Assembly: GCF_000150275.1 (NCBI RefSeq)
Contig: NW_002060968.1
Span: 715,788 to 779,787, forward strand
DNA length: 64,000 nucleotides
Source of the DNA: Trichoplax adhaerens
Taxonomy: Eukaryota > Animalia > Placozoa
Direction of reading: 5' to 3'
How positions within the stretch are numbered: the first letter of the stretch is position 1; every line of letters starts with the position of its first letter. The notes under the pieces were generated by a model, which made no database searches, was not told the origin of the DNA, and saw only the letters and a program-made list of their open reading frames with translations. Position numbers and translations under genes: made by a program. Positions 14,305 to 28,300 of this stretch are shown here, piece by piece.

Positions 14305-15850
14305 ATTAACTCTCGATCATGATTGGCCGAACAGACTGTTTAATTTAAGATCCATAAATATAGAGTACAGTGCAAGACTTTGTTATAAAAACAGAGTACA
14401 TGCCATGAATTTGTTCTTGATCATTACTCGCTGAAATAGACCGTCTAAATTAAGATCCTTAAATATAGCGCACAGTGCTTCTGCTTTATAATAAAATATA
14501 GTACTTGCCACGAATTTGCTCTCGATCACCATTTGCCGACATAGACTGTCTAATTGATATCTTTAATTATAGAATGCGCTACTATACTGTGCAATAAAAT
14601 AAAGTATTTGCTACGAATTTACTCTTGATCATCTTCGACAGAAACAAACTGTTTAATCGAAGAGCCGTAATTATAAAGTTCAGTACAGTACTTTTACTTT
14701 ATAAAATAGTGAATCACTTTCTATTTATTCTTGATCCTTACTCGCCGAAATAGACTGTCTAGTTAAGATTTTTAAATATGGAGCACAGTACTATTCTTTG
14801 CAATAATATCTAGTACTTGCTACTCATTTTTTTCTCCATCAATTTTCGCCAAAGTAAAACATTTAATAAAGTCGCTAAATTATTATCCACTACAGTACTA
14901 TACTTCTCGATAAATTAGAGTACTTTTTACGAATTTGCCATAGATCATCAATCGTCTATAGACTGTCCAATTAAGATCCTTAAATGTTCAGTATAAATAT
15001 ATAGTTTGTATTAAAACAGAGTGGGCGCTTGCTGTAAATCTAGTCTTGATCATTATTCATAGAAATAGACTGTCTAATTAAGTTGTTTAAATAGTAAAAT
15101 ATTGAGTATACAACTATGCTTTATAGTAGAATATAATAAAACGTTCGCTACTAATTTACTCGTGATCTTCATTCACCGAAATAGACTGTCTAATTAAGAT
15201 CTTTAAATGTAGAGTACGGGCTTTGCTATGAGTTTGGTCATTATCATCTTTCCCTAAGTTTGATTGTCTAATTAAGTTCCTTAAATATAGAATACTGTCC
15301 TATGCTTGGTAATAAAATAGAGTTGTGCATTGATTCTTAATCATTATTTGCCGAAAAAGACCTAATAATTAAGTTCATTAATTATAGAGTAGATTACTTG
15401 CCACACATTTGCTGGAGATCATTATTCACCGAAACAGACTGTTTTAGTTAAATCATTGAATAAGAATACTAAACATTACTACCGCCACTGAGTAATAAAA
15501 TAAAGTATTTGTTATAGATTTACTCTTGATTGCATCGTTCACCGAAACGAAATTTTTAGAGATGTTGAAATAACAAGTACAGTGCTATGGTTTGTAGTAA
15601 AATAGAGTACTAACTACTAATTTTTTATTGTTCTCGATTCGCTGAAAAAGACTTACTCATCGAAACTGTTTAATACAATTCAGCAAGTAATAAAATATGG
15701 TGCATGTTATTATAAATTTTCTTTATATCTTCACTAATTTCCCTCAAACAGACTCTTGTAGTTGAGACTAGAAACTATACTATTAACTGATTTGTAATAG
15801 AAGAAAGTAACAGTTAAGAATTTGTTTTAGCACTTAATTCACTGAAAAAA
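14305..15850. repeat. Degenerate minisatellite, ~105-bp unit, ~14-15 copies
   Basis: Recurring ttgatcatt...cgccgaaatagactgtctaattaagatccttaaatatagagtacag...aaaatagagtacttgc motif. Confidence 0.85.
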
Positions 15851-16169
15851 CGGCATTTACAAAATAATGTAATGTGTGCTGCATGGTATACTTTCCATCA
15901 TTTGATTAGATATTTATTTTCTCTCTCTATATATATTTATACTAAATCGACATTGAAAATAATTTTAATTTTACGACACCTGATTAGGCTGAAACAACGT
16001 AAGTAATATTGTTGTTACTCTGTTAAAAACGACTGTCCTTCTATGAAGAAATTTAAATTAAAGTAATGTCTTTGTAATATTTCATTTAAGTACTGGATTT
16101 TGATCGATACCAAGCGCTACTGACAACAGATACAACTTGGGGATTTTTTTGTCACTATCAAATAAGCGT

Positions 16170-16938
16170 TGTCACAAAACAGCTTTGTAACAAGATAACG
16201 TAATGTACGATCAATAAGTCAATTCCTTGAACCACGTATCAAGGAACGATATCTGCACTGTCCTAAACACTTTTGCTCTACTAGCAGACTACACAAAGAC
16301 TTAAACGCCTCGTATTTTACATTAAACACTAAGTTTGAGAATCCACTTTATTACCCGATATACTGCATTTATATACTATTCCTCAATAGTTCATGAGTCA
16401 TAGTTAGTACGATTAGCTTTGGAATCATTTACTGAATTAGATATTAATTTTAGCTACTGCTCCCTTAATGCAGACGACAGTATTTACGAACAAAGACATC
16501 TGATGACTAATACAGAATAGTCAGATTACGATATGTTCTATCACGGAACATTTCCATGATAATTTACAGTCTACCATAAGTAAATTACAATCACAATGAT
16601 TGTAACTGTAAGCAGATGATTTGCATTCCCTATTATAACTATTAATTTCAGTATGTGTACAAGTGTCACTGTGATAAAAAGTCAGTGCTATATTAAAATA
16701 CAGTATATCCAAATTAGAAGTTAACTAAATAAGGATAGTCTAACAGAATTATCCTAACATTGATATTTCTACTGTAATACAGTATTTAACACTGTAACAA
16801 AGTGTCACTGAGATAAAAAGTCAGAGCTATATTAAAACGCAGTATGTCCAAGTTAGAAGTCAACTAAATAAGGATAGGCTAACAGAATTATCCTAACATA
16901 GATATTTCTACTCTAATACAGTACATAACACTATCACA
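16170..16938. mobile_element. Solo-LTR-like element, family A copy 2, with an internal tandem duplication of its last ~140 bp
   Basis: TGTCACA...TATCACA termini with a perfect 5-bp TSD AGCGT (16165-16169 and 16939-16943); ~16660-16799 is repeated at ~16800-16938. Confidence 0.88.
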
Positions 16939-16966
16939 AGCGTAAGTAATTGCAAATATATAGGTA

Positions 16967-17400
16967 CTAGTGCAAACTCCCGTCGCTTTGCTGACGGTTT
17001 ACGATAATGTGCTCATTTAACAGATAGTATTACCATTTGATAGACCTGTCAGACGTTCAGTAACTTTTTTCCGTTATCCGTGTACTGCATGCTGTACAAA
17101 AGTACAGTACTGTTAATTGTACGGGCGGGGCATTTGATAACGTACCCATTTGTTAATAATTAATAGTTAGTATTACCATTCGACATTATATATATCCCGG
17201 TAATAGCCGGGCACTACAGTATATTCACAGCTATGCTTGTAGAATACTACTTTTCAATAATGCATTCACGGATGAAACCTTATTACAGTCTTTGATAGTA
17301 ATTCGGCAATTATAATATCTGCTCTACATATCCTAATGTGAAGAATAATGCTACTATATGAATTTTTTTGATAAGCGATTACTGTGATCTTCATAAAAAG
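16967..17400 (-). mobile_element. Helitron-like element 3' end; the other boundary is unresolved toward the gap
   Basis: The minus strand reads a hairpin CCGTC-agcaaagc-GACGG (16980-16997), a 9-nt spacer, then CTAG|T (16967-16970). The duplicated flank at 18035-18063 lacks the insert and shows an A|T empty site. Confidence 0.6.
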
Positions 17401-17691
17401 CGAATTTTTCCGGATTTGTGTTTGATATAGTTTTCGGATTCTGGGACCGGTCGGGTTTGTGTCCGATATAATTTTCCTGTTTTGGAACCGGTCGGGTTTA
17501 TTTTTAATTTATGTCTGAATTATAATTTTTCTGTTTTAATTTTTGGATTTTTGTTCATGAAAAATATCGTAAGAGTTGATTTTTGAGATTTGGACTTTTT
17601 GTTATGAATTTGANACTTTGGAATTTTATGACGTTACTTGAAGTCACATTAGGAGATTTAGTGAGGAAAATAGAAAATAAGATGGAAATTG

Positions 17692-17741
17692 NNNNNNNNN
17701 NNNNNNNNNNNNNNNNNNNNNNNNNNNNNNNNNNNNNNNNN
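17692..17741. other. Assembly gap (50 N)
   Basis: Run of Ns, preceded by low-quality-looking T-rich sequence with an isolated N. Confidence 0.99.
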
Positions 17742-17742
17742 T

Positions 17743-18034
17743 TTCAGAATGTGTATAAGTGTCACTGTCATAAAAAGTCAGTACTATATTAAAATACAGT
17801 ATATCCAAATTAGAGGTTAACTAAATAAGGATAGTCTAATAGAATTATCCTAACATAGATATTTCTACTGTAATACAGTATATAACACTGTAACAAAGTG
17901 TCACTGAGATAAAAAGTCAGAGCTATATTAAAACGCAGTATGTCCAAGTTAGAAGTCAACTAAATAAGGATAGGCTAACAGAATTATCCTAACATAGATA
18001 TTTCTACTCTAATACAGTACATAACACTATCACA
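17743..18034. mobile_element. 3' part of a family A element duplicating 16650-16938 (likely the alternative haplotype of the same locus)
   Basis: Same 140-bp internal duplication and the same ~26-bp downstream flank (agcg(t/a)aagtaattgcaaatatatagg). Confidence 0.8.
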
Positions 18035-19129
18035 AGCGAAAGTAATTGCAAATATATAGGCATGACGTTTTATGGCCGAAAATGAACATATTAAAATATT
18101 GAGTATACCGTATGTAAAGAAATTTTAATATAAATCTTTACCATAAATCTAGTTCTTCACTCTCTATACTTAAATAAGTCGATTTATCAAACTTGCAATC
18201 GAAATCTCAAGGCTAATTTATGAGCAAACATTCTATTGTAACTGTCAATCCCAGTATCAGTTGTTAGCTAATCATATGCTACAATATCGACCAAATTAAT
18301 TCTAAAAATTTGGTTGATAAAGTCCTGATAATAAGTGAGTGTAAATGACGTCGATTAGTAAAAAAGTAATCTCTTAGGATGCACGATCGATGCATCCCAA
18401 TTCAGAACTTTCTAGTGATTTGATGATCATATTCATACAAGCAAACTGATATTATACCTACCATTCAGTCTGTTAATGCAGTAACACAGAATATGTCTCT
18501 TTATCTTGACAGCTGTATTGGTCAATATATTTATGCAATGCATTCCGACGATATGAACGTATTAGAGGATAAGATTCAACTTAAATGGAAATCTGTTGCG
18601 AAATGAAATATTCATTTAGACAGACGGGTTCTTACAAATATCAGGGACTGGCATTTACTATACAGTAGCATTTTGTTTTATCTTGGATTAAGATTGATTT
18701 ATTGGTTCTATTTCACTTCCATGTGAAAGAACCATCGGTACTGATATTGATATCACTTGGTATAATCGTTAGCTCAGTATAACTTTCATCTTTTCATTGC
18801 AGTTGATAAAGTATTGAAATCGCACGGATAATCGTTACTTTAATATGAATTTAATAAAATATTCATATACATACTATTTTCTATTGCTCTTACTGTACAC
18901 CTATTAATATGGAACATAAGTTTCTTTATCAAAGAATGAATAGCAAGATATTTTAAACTATTCCACACTTGATTCGTTTCCTTATATATTACTTAAAGAA
19001 AGAGTTGGTTTTTCTAATATTTTCATAGATTTACTGTGTTCTACGGTAATCGCATTACTAATAGATCTAATATCATAATTCAAATTACTATCTTACTAAA
19101 GTTGTTGACAAGTAATTTATATTTCTTCA

Positions 19130-19565
19130 TGTCACAAACCAGCTTCGTGACAACGATAACGTAAAACAAATCTCTAAATTACTAAAGTCTCCGGGATTCA
19201 TTATCCCTACTCACAAGAATTCAGACGCCTTTGATTCAACCTTAAACTCAACTAGACAATTGAGAACTGCTTTATTCAACTATCTGACGGGCTTATATAC
19301 CCTTCTACAGCAGCTAACATTCACAAGTCATCTTATAAAAGTACTTGGGTGAGAACATCTACTAACTAGTTTTTCACAGTCGGACTACAATATGTCCATT
19401 CATAGAATCATTTCAGCACACATTACAGCACAGTAATAAATTTACTGTAACACATTTATAATTGAAGTAATTCCTATTGTAAGGAACTAGATGTAATATA
19501 ATATCACTATGTTATATTAACCAAATTTAGATAACTATTTCTTCACGGTAGTTCGTACCGTGACA
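19130..19565. mobile_element. Solo-LTR-like element, family B
   Basis: TGTCACAAACC...CGTACCGTGACA termini with a perfect 5-bp TSD CTTCA on both sides. Confidence 0.88.
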
Positions 19566-22500
19566 CTTCAGTATTATCATAAATTGAAAGTCGTTACAAA
19601 ATTTTTTATCAAAATCTTATGAAAAACTGCTAGGGCTACAATAGCGGTCAAGAACTAATGTAGCAACTGAAATGCTAGATGTAGAAATAAAATTGGACAA
19701 TAAAGCTTACCGCCCATAACGATTTACTAAGTTCAAGCGATTAAACTTCCTTTCAAAATTCTCTACGACGTAAAATATTAACGTAAAGATTACAGTGACT
19801 ACTTGAATTACTAGAAAAAATAGAGATCTAGGCTTAATATCTGACTTACTGTTATGAAATCAGTTCTATGAAAAGATTACAAAAAAAGATAATTCTACTA
19901 ATTATCCCCCTGAAACATGTATCCAAGCTTTAAAAATTGCCTAAGAAACTTTTGAGAATACTTATTCCTAATCCTACAGATTCTCAGTGATTTACACATT
20001 TTCTAATTTGCGTTAAGCAGTAAAATTTGGAACGAACTTTATTAAAAAAAAATACCGGGCTTCTATAACTCTTTATATTAGCTAGAATTTACAATTAGTA
20101 TCAAAAGCGAGCATAAAATCAGCTAAAAAATGGAAATCTAGATGCCTTATGAATATAGTGACGATTACAGACATATATATCTGATGATTAATACAAGACA
20201 AATAGATTTAATATTTTCATTCACAGAACTATCAAGCCAAAATATACAATCTAATGTGAATTAGTCAGAACCATATATTACGGCACAAGATGAGCAAATA
20301 TAAACTATCTTGTTATCTGATTTAACATTATGTTACTTAAAATTGCTAGACGACGCCAAACTGAAATAGCAATTCGATAAGTACTAGTTATATCAAGTAA
20401 CGTCGTAAAACCAAACACTTTACGGTACTGCATGAGATTAATGTAATATCTTCCTAGCCGATATAAATTATAAAGGTTAAGCAACGTTCGAAAAACCATA
20501 ATTGGTTTCCATTAAGGTAAAGTACTTTAAATTTGATGCCTTAGTCTTTGAACATAATTGTTGAGCTTACGCCTTCGCTATATCTAATCTAGGGTTAACT
20601 AACATAAAAACTAACAAGCTCCTAAAGATGTTAGAATCTAGACGGAAACTACTTTCTGTTAAGGGAAAAATTTATGCGCAATCTGCGTACAGAATGATAA
20701 ACTATGATAATATAAGAAGAGGACATAAATGTATAATTCTAGGCCATATGCGACACTTACCCGTCAATTGTCGCTGTTAAATAAGCAACATTGTAGTTTT
20801 TCCGCTGTTTAAATATTTCCAGGTAAAGTTCAGTTGACGTTATAGTTTCTGTAAAGATATAATTGACTTAAAAAATATTCTTTGCTATTGAAACTTTGCT
20901 CATGAACTATGTATTTGCTCTCATATACTATTTAAGTAGTAGAGTTTGCTTCTATAAACTGAAATAAAAGCGTTTTTTCTAATAGTATCGTAATGCTTAA
21001 GATATCTTGTTTGGATCCAAGGTTCATCTTGGCATCGCTTTGCTAAAAATACCGAAATTTCTTTTCTGTATTGCAATAGTTGGCATGATTAATTTCGAAT
21101 TAGAAGTAAGAAATTCAGGAACAGTTGCTGCATTATTCAGTAAAAATGTATTAGTAGATTCACTTTTTCCCTCATTAGTCTGTTATGACTTAGGTGAATA
21201 CAGTACGAGGATAGCTACAAGAATTAAATTGTACATTAAAATGCGACCGCTTTTATGAAAATTAAATTCTATAATCAATTAGTTAATATATCATTACCAT
21301 TTATAGTGATATTTTTAATGGTGACTTAAATATATAAAAATGGTTTAAGAATTTTACAATATTGAATACTATCAGAATTTCCTTTAAGCTTATATTGCAG
21401 CTTTTCAATAATAATCTTTTAATATCTATCAAACAGTAGCGTTAAAATTAAACTTTTAAATGTTAGATCTTAACAAACACAGACTTCATTATTAACAATT
21501 TATAGCGTATAAGAAGTAGCAATCTTTTTTTCACATCTTGAGAAAATGTCGATCTTGAGGGGGTATAAATTGTTCATAGCTATTATCAAGCCTAAAGCGC
21601 TTTCGTCAGTTCTAATGATGATCACCGAATATTCCTGTTGCAGAGATTGATGGGCTGTAAATAAGAAGATTGCGCGATGCTTCCAATTGAATTTAGGAAT
21701 AAACCTAAATTTTGTCCAGGTTAACATCTAGTTATCATTATTAAAACTTAAGTCGAATATGAGGCTAACAAAACAATAGTATTCTGAGATAAGCATTTCT
21801 AGTATCTGCTGCCGGTGGCTGATAGAAGTTTTGTTAAAACTACTTAAGACTAGATATGATAATCTCTTGTTGACACTTTACAGAAAGCTTTATAATGTAT
21901 ACGCCTATAATTGCTATATATAAGCAGTTATTTTACGTTACAGGTTTTAGCAATCACAATGTAATGTTATTAATTTTATTTGCAAATATTCGTATAGTGA
22001 CAATTGTATTTACCATCCAGTAATAATTCCCAAATTTTAAGCATACATCTGCGAAATTGTAATGCAGGTGTAAAGCCAAATATAATCACTACGCTATTTC
22101 TGTCCGGATATTGAATGTTAGGAAATAAGTCATGAATTATTTTTTGTCTAGCTTAGACATGTAGTCTGGTAACAACACGTTCTGTTAATATATGAGAACA
22201 ACGAATTTATTTATTGATGTTTGTAAATAATTCAGACTAGGATGGCGATGTTTGTTTTTCATTGAATATTACCTAAGCAATTTTTATGCTAGCAATAGAC
22301 ACACATTGATGTATTCCCAATTAGATAGAATTTGTTCTTTACTGTTAAAGTACTAATATGCCAAATCTAAATATTTTAAAAATATTATTCATAGGATGAC
22401 TAAATTAGCAAAGGTGAATAATGATCACTCAATTATTCCATTAGCAGTTACCTAAATTTGTATAATATTGAATAGCAGAGCTCTATCCACTTCAATTAAT

Positions 22501-25389
22501 TTAATACTGGGCCAGTCGCAACTGAAAATAATCTCTTAATATCTAGGTTTAACTAGGGTGAGTGTCGGATATTTCTGCAATCAGTTGAAATACGGCAAGC
22601 CTCAATATCGAGCAGTGAGATCATTACCAGGTGGAAAAATTTCTCTGCATTGTTAATTTACCGGAAGAAAATATAATCTTAAACAATTTACCATCAATGG
22701 TTAATAGATTAAATAATGCTCAGTATAATAACTTTGAAATTTATTGTCAGCTATAGACGTCAAACAGTTCACCTGCATTGAAAAATTTTTGTTGTAAATT
22801 AAAATTACATCCAATTCTAATCGACATCTTAATATGCTGGTATCTAGGTTATTATAACATGTTTTAGTCTTGAACTAATTTGATTAATTTGTTATTTTAT
22901 AAGGAGGTGTTAAAAAAATATTATATTTTTATTTAGCTCAATAGTCTCTGTATGAAAATTAAATCATTGGAATAATTTTGTTAGAGCAAAACTGTGCCTA
23001 CCTACTATTTGATCCAATTAATTATATAAGAAAATTTCTTGGAGCAATTTTGAGCAGGTTAGAGATTATGTTGTTTATCTAAGTTGAATCTAAAGACCAT
23101 GTGCTATAGTATAGTCTTTAAATTGATTGTTATTTTATCATTTTACTATAGCTGCATTCATTGATTTAAATTGTTAACTTTCATTATTGAAAGGATTTGT
23201 GCTACGAGTATATGCGTAAGCAGGTTACTATTGAAATATACTACAATACAATTTTTAGCGTTTCTTTTCCTTAGATAAAGTGAAGAAAAATTAATTCAGT
23301 TAATTAACATCTTGCTATTGCTGAATAAAGTTACAGAAATAGTATGCCTTGTTTTGAACGCAAATGTCATTTGAAAAATAGATTCATGAAACTTGGTCAT
23401 TTTAGTAATATAATTTAATAGCTGAAGTGCAGTCTTTTTTTTGCAAAGTCAATTCTAATTTCAGTAAACAGATGGCGAAAAGTTGTATGATGTGAAAATG
23501 AGCGATTAGTTAAATACAGCATTATTAAATATCTATTTATCGCGTTAGAAATATATTTGCTAGAATAATCAGGAATATGAGATCGTAAGAAACCTACTCA
23601 TTTTGAAATGAAAGTAAGTTTAGATTAACCAGGACTTAAAAAGATACTATTTTTGAGTGCTTTTCACAAAAATACAGTGATAACGAAAAGTTATAAAAGT
23701 CTCTTATTTTAACAGGATTGCATTGAATACTTTTTGACAAATCAATCGAAAATAGATTTTAGAAGACATTGTAATAACAAAAGATTCTATGATTCTATCT
23801 TTTACATCCAAAGTTCTCTATCTGTATTACATGAAATATAATGGTCTATTATTATAATTGATTTTCAAGATAGGATCTATCGTTGGATATAGAAAGCGAT
23901 TATAGCAATTTATCATCTCACTTATCTATTAGTCGACAATCTTTATCGATACATCAGCTGTCATACAATATTATTAGATGTCAAACAAGTATTTGGTGCT
24001 CACCAATGCGTACTATCATCATTTAATTTTTTTCAGCCAGCATTTAATTAAAGCTGGACGCTTATTTGCAACCGCTTTTCACATTGATACTTTAATTAAT
24101 AGACTGTTTTACAGATTATATTACTACACTTTTTGGGGTTAATAGTGATAATTGTCAATCAAAATGATCACCTTTATCAAGTGCAATGTTCATTACGGAT
24201 CTCCTCTACTTGATTTGGATTTAGTATATCATAATTTGAACCGCACTAAGTTGAAATTAAAATTGAAATTACACTTCGATCTTTAAAATCATGTTCTATT
24301 TGTTAAATACAATAAAATTAAATTACGGACATTGTTTCTTGGGTATCAATAAATAAAATTATTTTCGATTTTTGACCGTCATTAATCATTAGTGGTACAA
24401 AAGAAGATCATAATGAATTAATAGGATACCTATACGTATTATAGAATAAGAATGATGTAAAGTGATTAAAAACAATTGATCATGGTTTTTCTGGTTAAAA
24501 TAGTGCAGATTTTTGCTATCCTAATCGTAAAACAAAGACGTCAATAACTACTTGAGTACAATCATTATTATCTAAATGAAAATAATGTATTCATATCTAC
24601 TGAATATTCGATCTTAATTGTAAGAAAGGCTAATTAAGGATTTAACACAACATGACAATTTTTTAAGGCGGATATTAGGATATTATTTATCTTTCGATTG
24701 CGGTTGCTGACATTGTCTATAATTAATGACTGTAAACTATGATTTTCATCCTTGAAATAGTTTGGTTCGTGGAAATCTTAATATAGACGCAATTATGATC
24801 TACATATATCAATGATTTAACTTCTCAACCTACGTATTTTGCTAGTAATGAAATCATGACGCCATCTATGTCGTCGATTATTTTCTATTCAATGTTGTGA
24901 ATAGAAATTGTGCTAAGTTTAGAATGGCGATAAAATAGAACTATTTTTACTATATTTCTAGCTAATTCTAAGATGAAAGAATATATTATCAGACAATACT
25001 TTATTTTAACTAGGTAGTAAAAAATGATCAAATAAAGCACGGCAAAGGATTGGAAATTTAAATTATCTTCGTTTATTAGCCTTTAAAAGATTTCGACAAA
25101 AGGATGCTATATTTGCTAAATATATCTTATCAAAACAGAAGATAATGAAATTTATTTCTATGAAATAGCAAAAAATAGCTTGAATAATCTTATTCTCTTT
25201 TGATTTAATGCTTTATTTTCAATTCATTCCAAAGATCAATTCACATGCAGAATCATTGTGTGGATAAACCTATATAAGGTTTGTACTAGCTGCATTTGCT
25301 ATCATAATTCATCAAAGAAGTTTGCGAACGAACATTTGAATCAGTTTTAAATCAATTTTCTTTCCAAAGTTAACTACAGATATCCAAAA

Positions 25390-28300
25390 ATGAAATATTT
25401 AGCCGTTGTAATCGTAAGTTCACTCTTTACTATTCATGTTGTAATAACATACCTTTTTGATTGATAGAATGATCCTGGAGTATGTAAAATTAACTATATC
25501 AGCTATCAGTACTTTCTAAAATAATGTCTGACAATTTCATCAAAGTCGGTGCTTGCAATTTTAGAATATGCAGCGTATACTTTCAAACTATTGTACGTAT
25601 TACAATACTGGAAGCTGCTGTCTACAATTATTTCAGAAACTCTTAATAGTCATTTTATGACCCGAAACTTGATAGTCATTTCTAAAAATAATTGTGTGAT
25701 GTGATGATATGTACTGAATTACTGTGCTTTCGCAGCTAAGATTTCAGTTTAGAAAGTAGTCATATTCACCTGTAATGAATTTTAAGTACCGATACTTCTG
25801 GCAGCTATTGTAATGTAATAAACAATAGCCAAATCAATTTCTAAAAGCGTTGTATTATAAATAAATTAACAAAAACTTTACTTTGTAAATTATCTTCTAG
25901 TTTGCTTTTGTCGCCGTTGCTATTGCAGGTAAGAATACGAAATCGCTAAGCCCAATACGTGTTAAACTAATACTGATGAATGTAAATTTATCAAAGAATG
26001 CAAATTTTCGCTGATACCCATTATCATTCTTAGCCAGACAGTACAAAACTCCAGAAAACTGCTTTATCATATTATGATAGTTTTAGCTGACATTTATTAG
26101 ATGAGAAGATCTATGTCCATATAGAAACGCTAGTGATTACTTATTACTATTTACTAGCAATATTGAAGTCGTAATCATTTCGGAAACCTTAAAAGTCAAA
26201 TGTCTAGTGTGAAATGTTTGTAAAATGTCTTTGAAGATACAATTTCATTTCGATCTTAAACACCTTACACCGTACTATATATCGATTGACTATTTATTCT
26301 GCAACAATAAAGGCAATCTTTAGTACTATACTCTAAATTTACTTACGTTGATATATAATGTTTTACTAACATTACTTTCTTTTCTTATATTTTTCTATCA
26401 TTAGCCCCAGCACTCCAAGAAAATAGTAAGTACAATATAGGAATTAAATTATTGCTAATCTACGTTATAATTATTCTTATTCTATCTTATTTCATTTTGC
26501 TTTTTAATATTAAATTTAAAAAATCATTATATTCCATAGTCTATTTTATGCAGTTATACATATAATTGCTACCGTGTTGTTGATAAGTAAGTCCAAATAA
26601 TTATTAAATTAATTATTAGAAATGTAATGAAGACCTTCTAAGTAGTGAATATATTTAAATTTTAAATAAGATCAAAAAGTGGTACTGCTTAGTAAATTTT
26701 CCATTATCAGAAGACAATGAAGGATAGATATTGGTTGAATTGCAGTTTATCACACAATAATCAGTGATTTACAAAGAATACATCATGTCATCCATTATAG
26801 TCACATTATTTAGATTGATATTAATTTGCATCATCTAAAAAAGCACTTAAATATACGGAAATGGACTCGTATTTCGATGTTCTTTATGGGACCGATATAT
26901 TTTCTTTATTATATAGTTAGCTATTCTTTCAAGGTAAACTAAGCCAAAAAAATATTAATTTAGATGAACAATACTTTGTAATTTATCCAGAGAATTGAAT
27001 TTCAATAGCGATATAATATTTCTGACTTCAAACAGGATTATAAATTAAAGTAGCAAATGACTGTGTTGGTACCATATTTTTGATATTCCTAGCTGATCCG
27101 AGCCGTAAGCTATGAATGATTAATCACAATAGTGAGATTTATACTTACGATTACAATGATAAATCGTGACTATATTTATACAAATTAAGGCTTGTGTTGA
27201 TTGCCTCATTTTACAGTTATTACTGTATTGATCTGCTTTCAGAAATCCGATAAAATAGGCTATGCAGTAAATATTTACTTAGATATAAGTGTTTGAATTG
27301 AGAAAAATATCATTGAAAGCTAATTTATGCAATGCAAATGTAATTTTAATGCACTTGGGCAAATCAGTACTGTTAATATATAATTTCATGTTATGATTAC
27401 TTTCTACCTTATTTAAATGCTATAAATATACTAGATGACGTTTTCAATGTAATTATTTAAAGTTAGTTTATTAACTTGCCAATATTGAAGTATTAGGTTA
27501 TTACCGTTGATCAAATATAGCGAATACAATCCACTGCTACCTTTATTATTCTATAAACTGTAAAATCTTGTAAATTTTTTACAATTAAATTGCTAAGGTT
27601 AATTAGCGGATTGCATAGCTGGCTACATCCACTATAGAATTAGTAATTTTCAAAAAAATTTTCTATTGCCTATATATTGGTAATTTGCCGTATAAAATCT
27701 TTCAAATATTTAGATAGAGAAGTATATTCGTATAAGCTCGAATGAAAGAGTTGCATAGGTTTGATATTAAGATTGAACGACAAAATTTTTTATATTTTAC
27801 GTTATCAGCTGAAATCGATTGGTTCGAAAATCGAGGAGACCACGGTAAAGAATATTAAAATCGTTTTAATTACACAAATTATGATTTGATCACATAATTT
27901 AAAGCTCCTATAATTATAGCATTATAACTAATTTTACTACTAGTTTGTCTACATATACATGCTAGAAAGGCTATTTTTAAGATGCTTGTTCTTTAATAAA
28001 TTTACAGATCAACTACCAAGTATCTAGAAAAATTAACGTAAAACAAATTTCTAAATTACTATAGTCTCCGGGATTCAGTATTCCTTAACTACCTGATAAG
28101 AATTTCACACCTTTGCTTCTACGTTAAACAACTATAAAACTATTTTTTTATTCAACTATCTGCCAAGCTTAAATACCCTTCAGCAGCAGCTATCATGTAT
28201 GAGTCATAACAGTACACAAAATTTAGCTCCTATCGGATAGCTAAATTAATACAGACATTATTTATAATTTAGAACATTTACTGAATGATTCTAGGTAATT

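Noticed and set aside
17583-17792. ORF spanning Ns
   Set aside because: Artefact of the gap and low-quality flanking sequence.
26554-26933. Extra candidate exons of the peptide gene (26554-26586, ~26711, 26917-26933)
   Set aside because: One gives an out-of-character hydrophobic stretch, one lacks a GT donor and one breaks phase symmetry. They were left out of the model but cannot be excluded.
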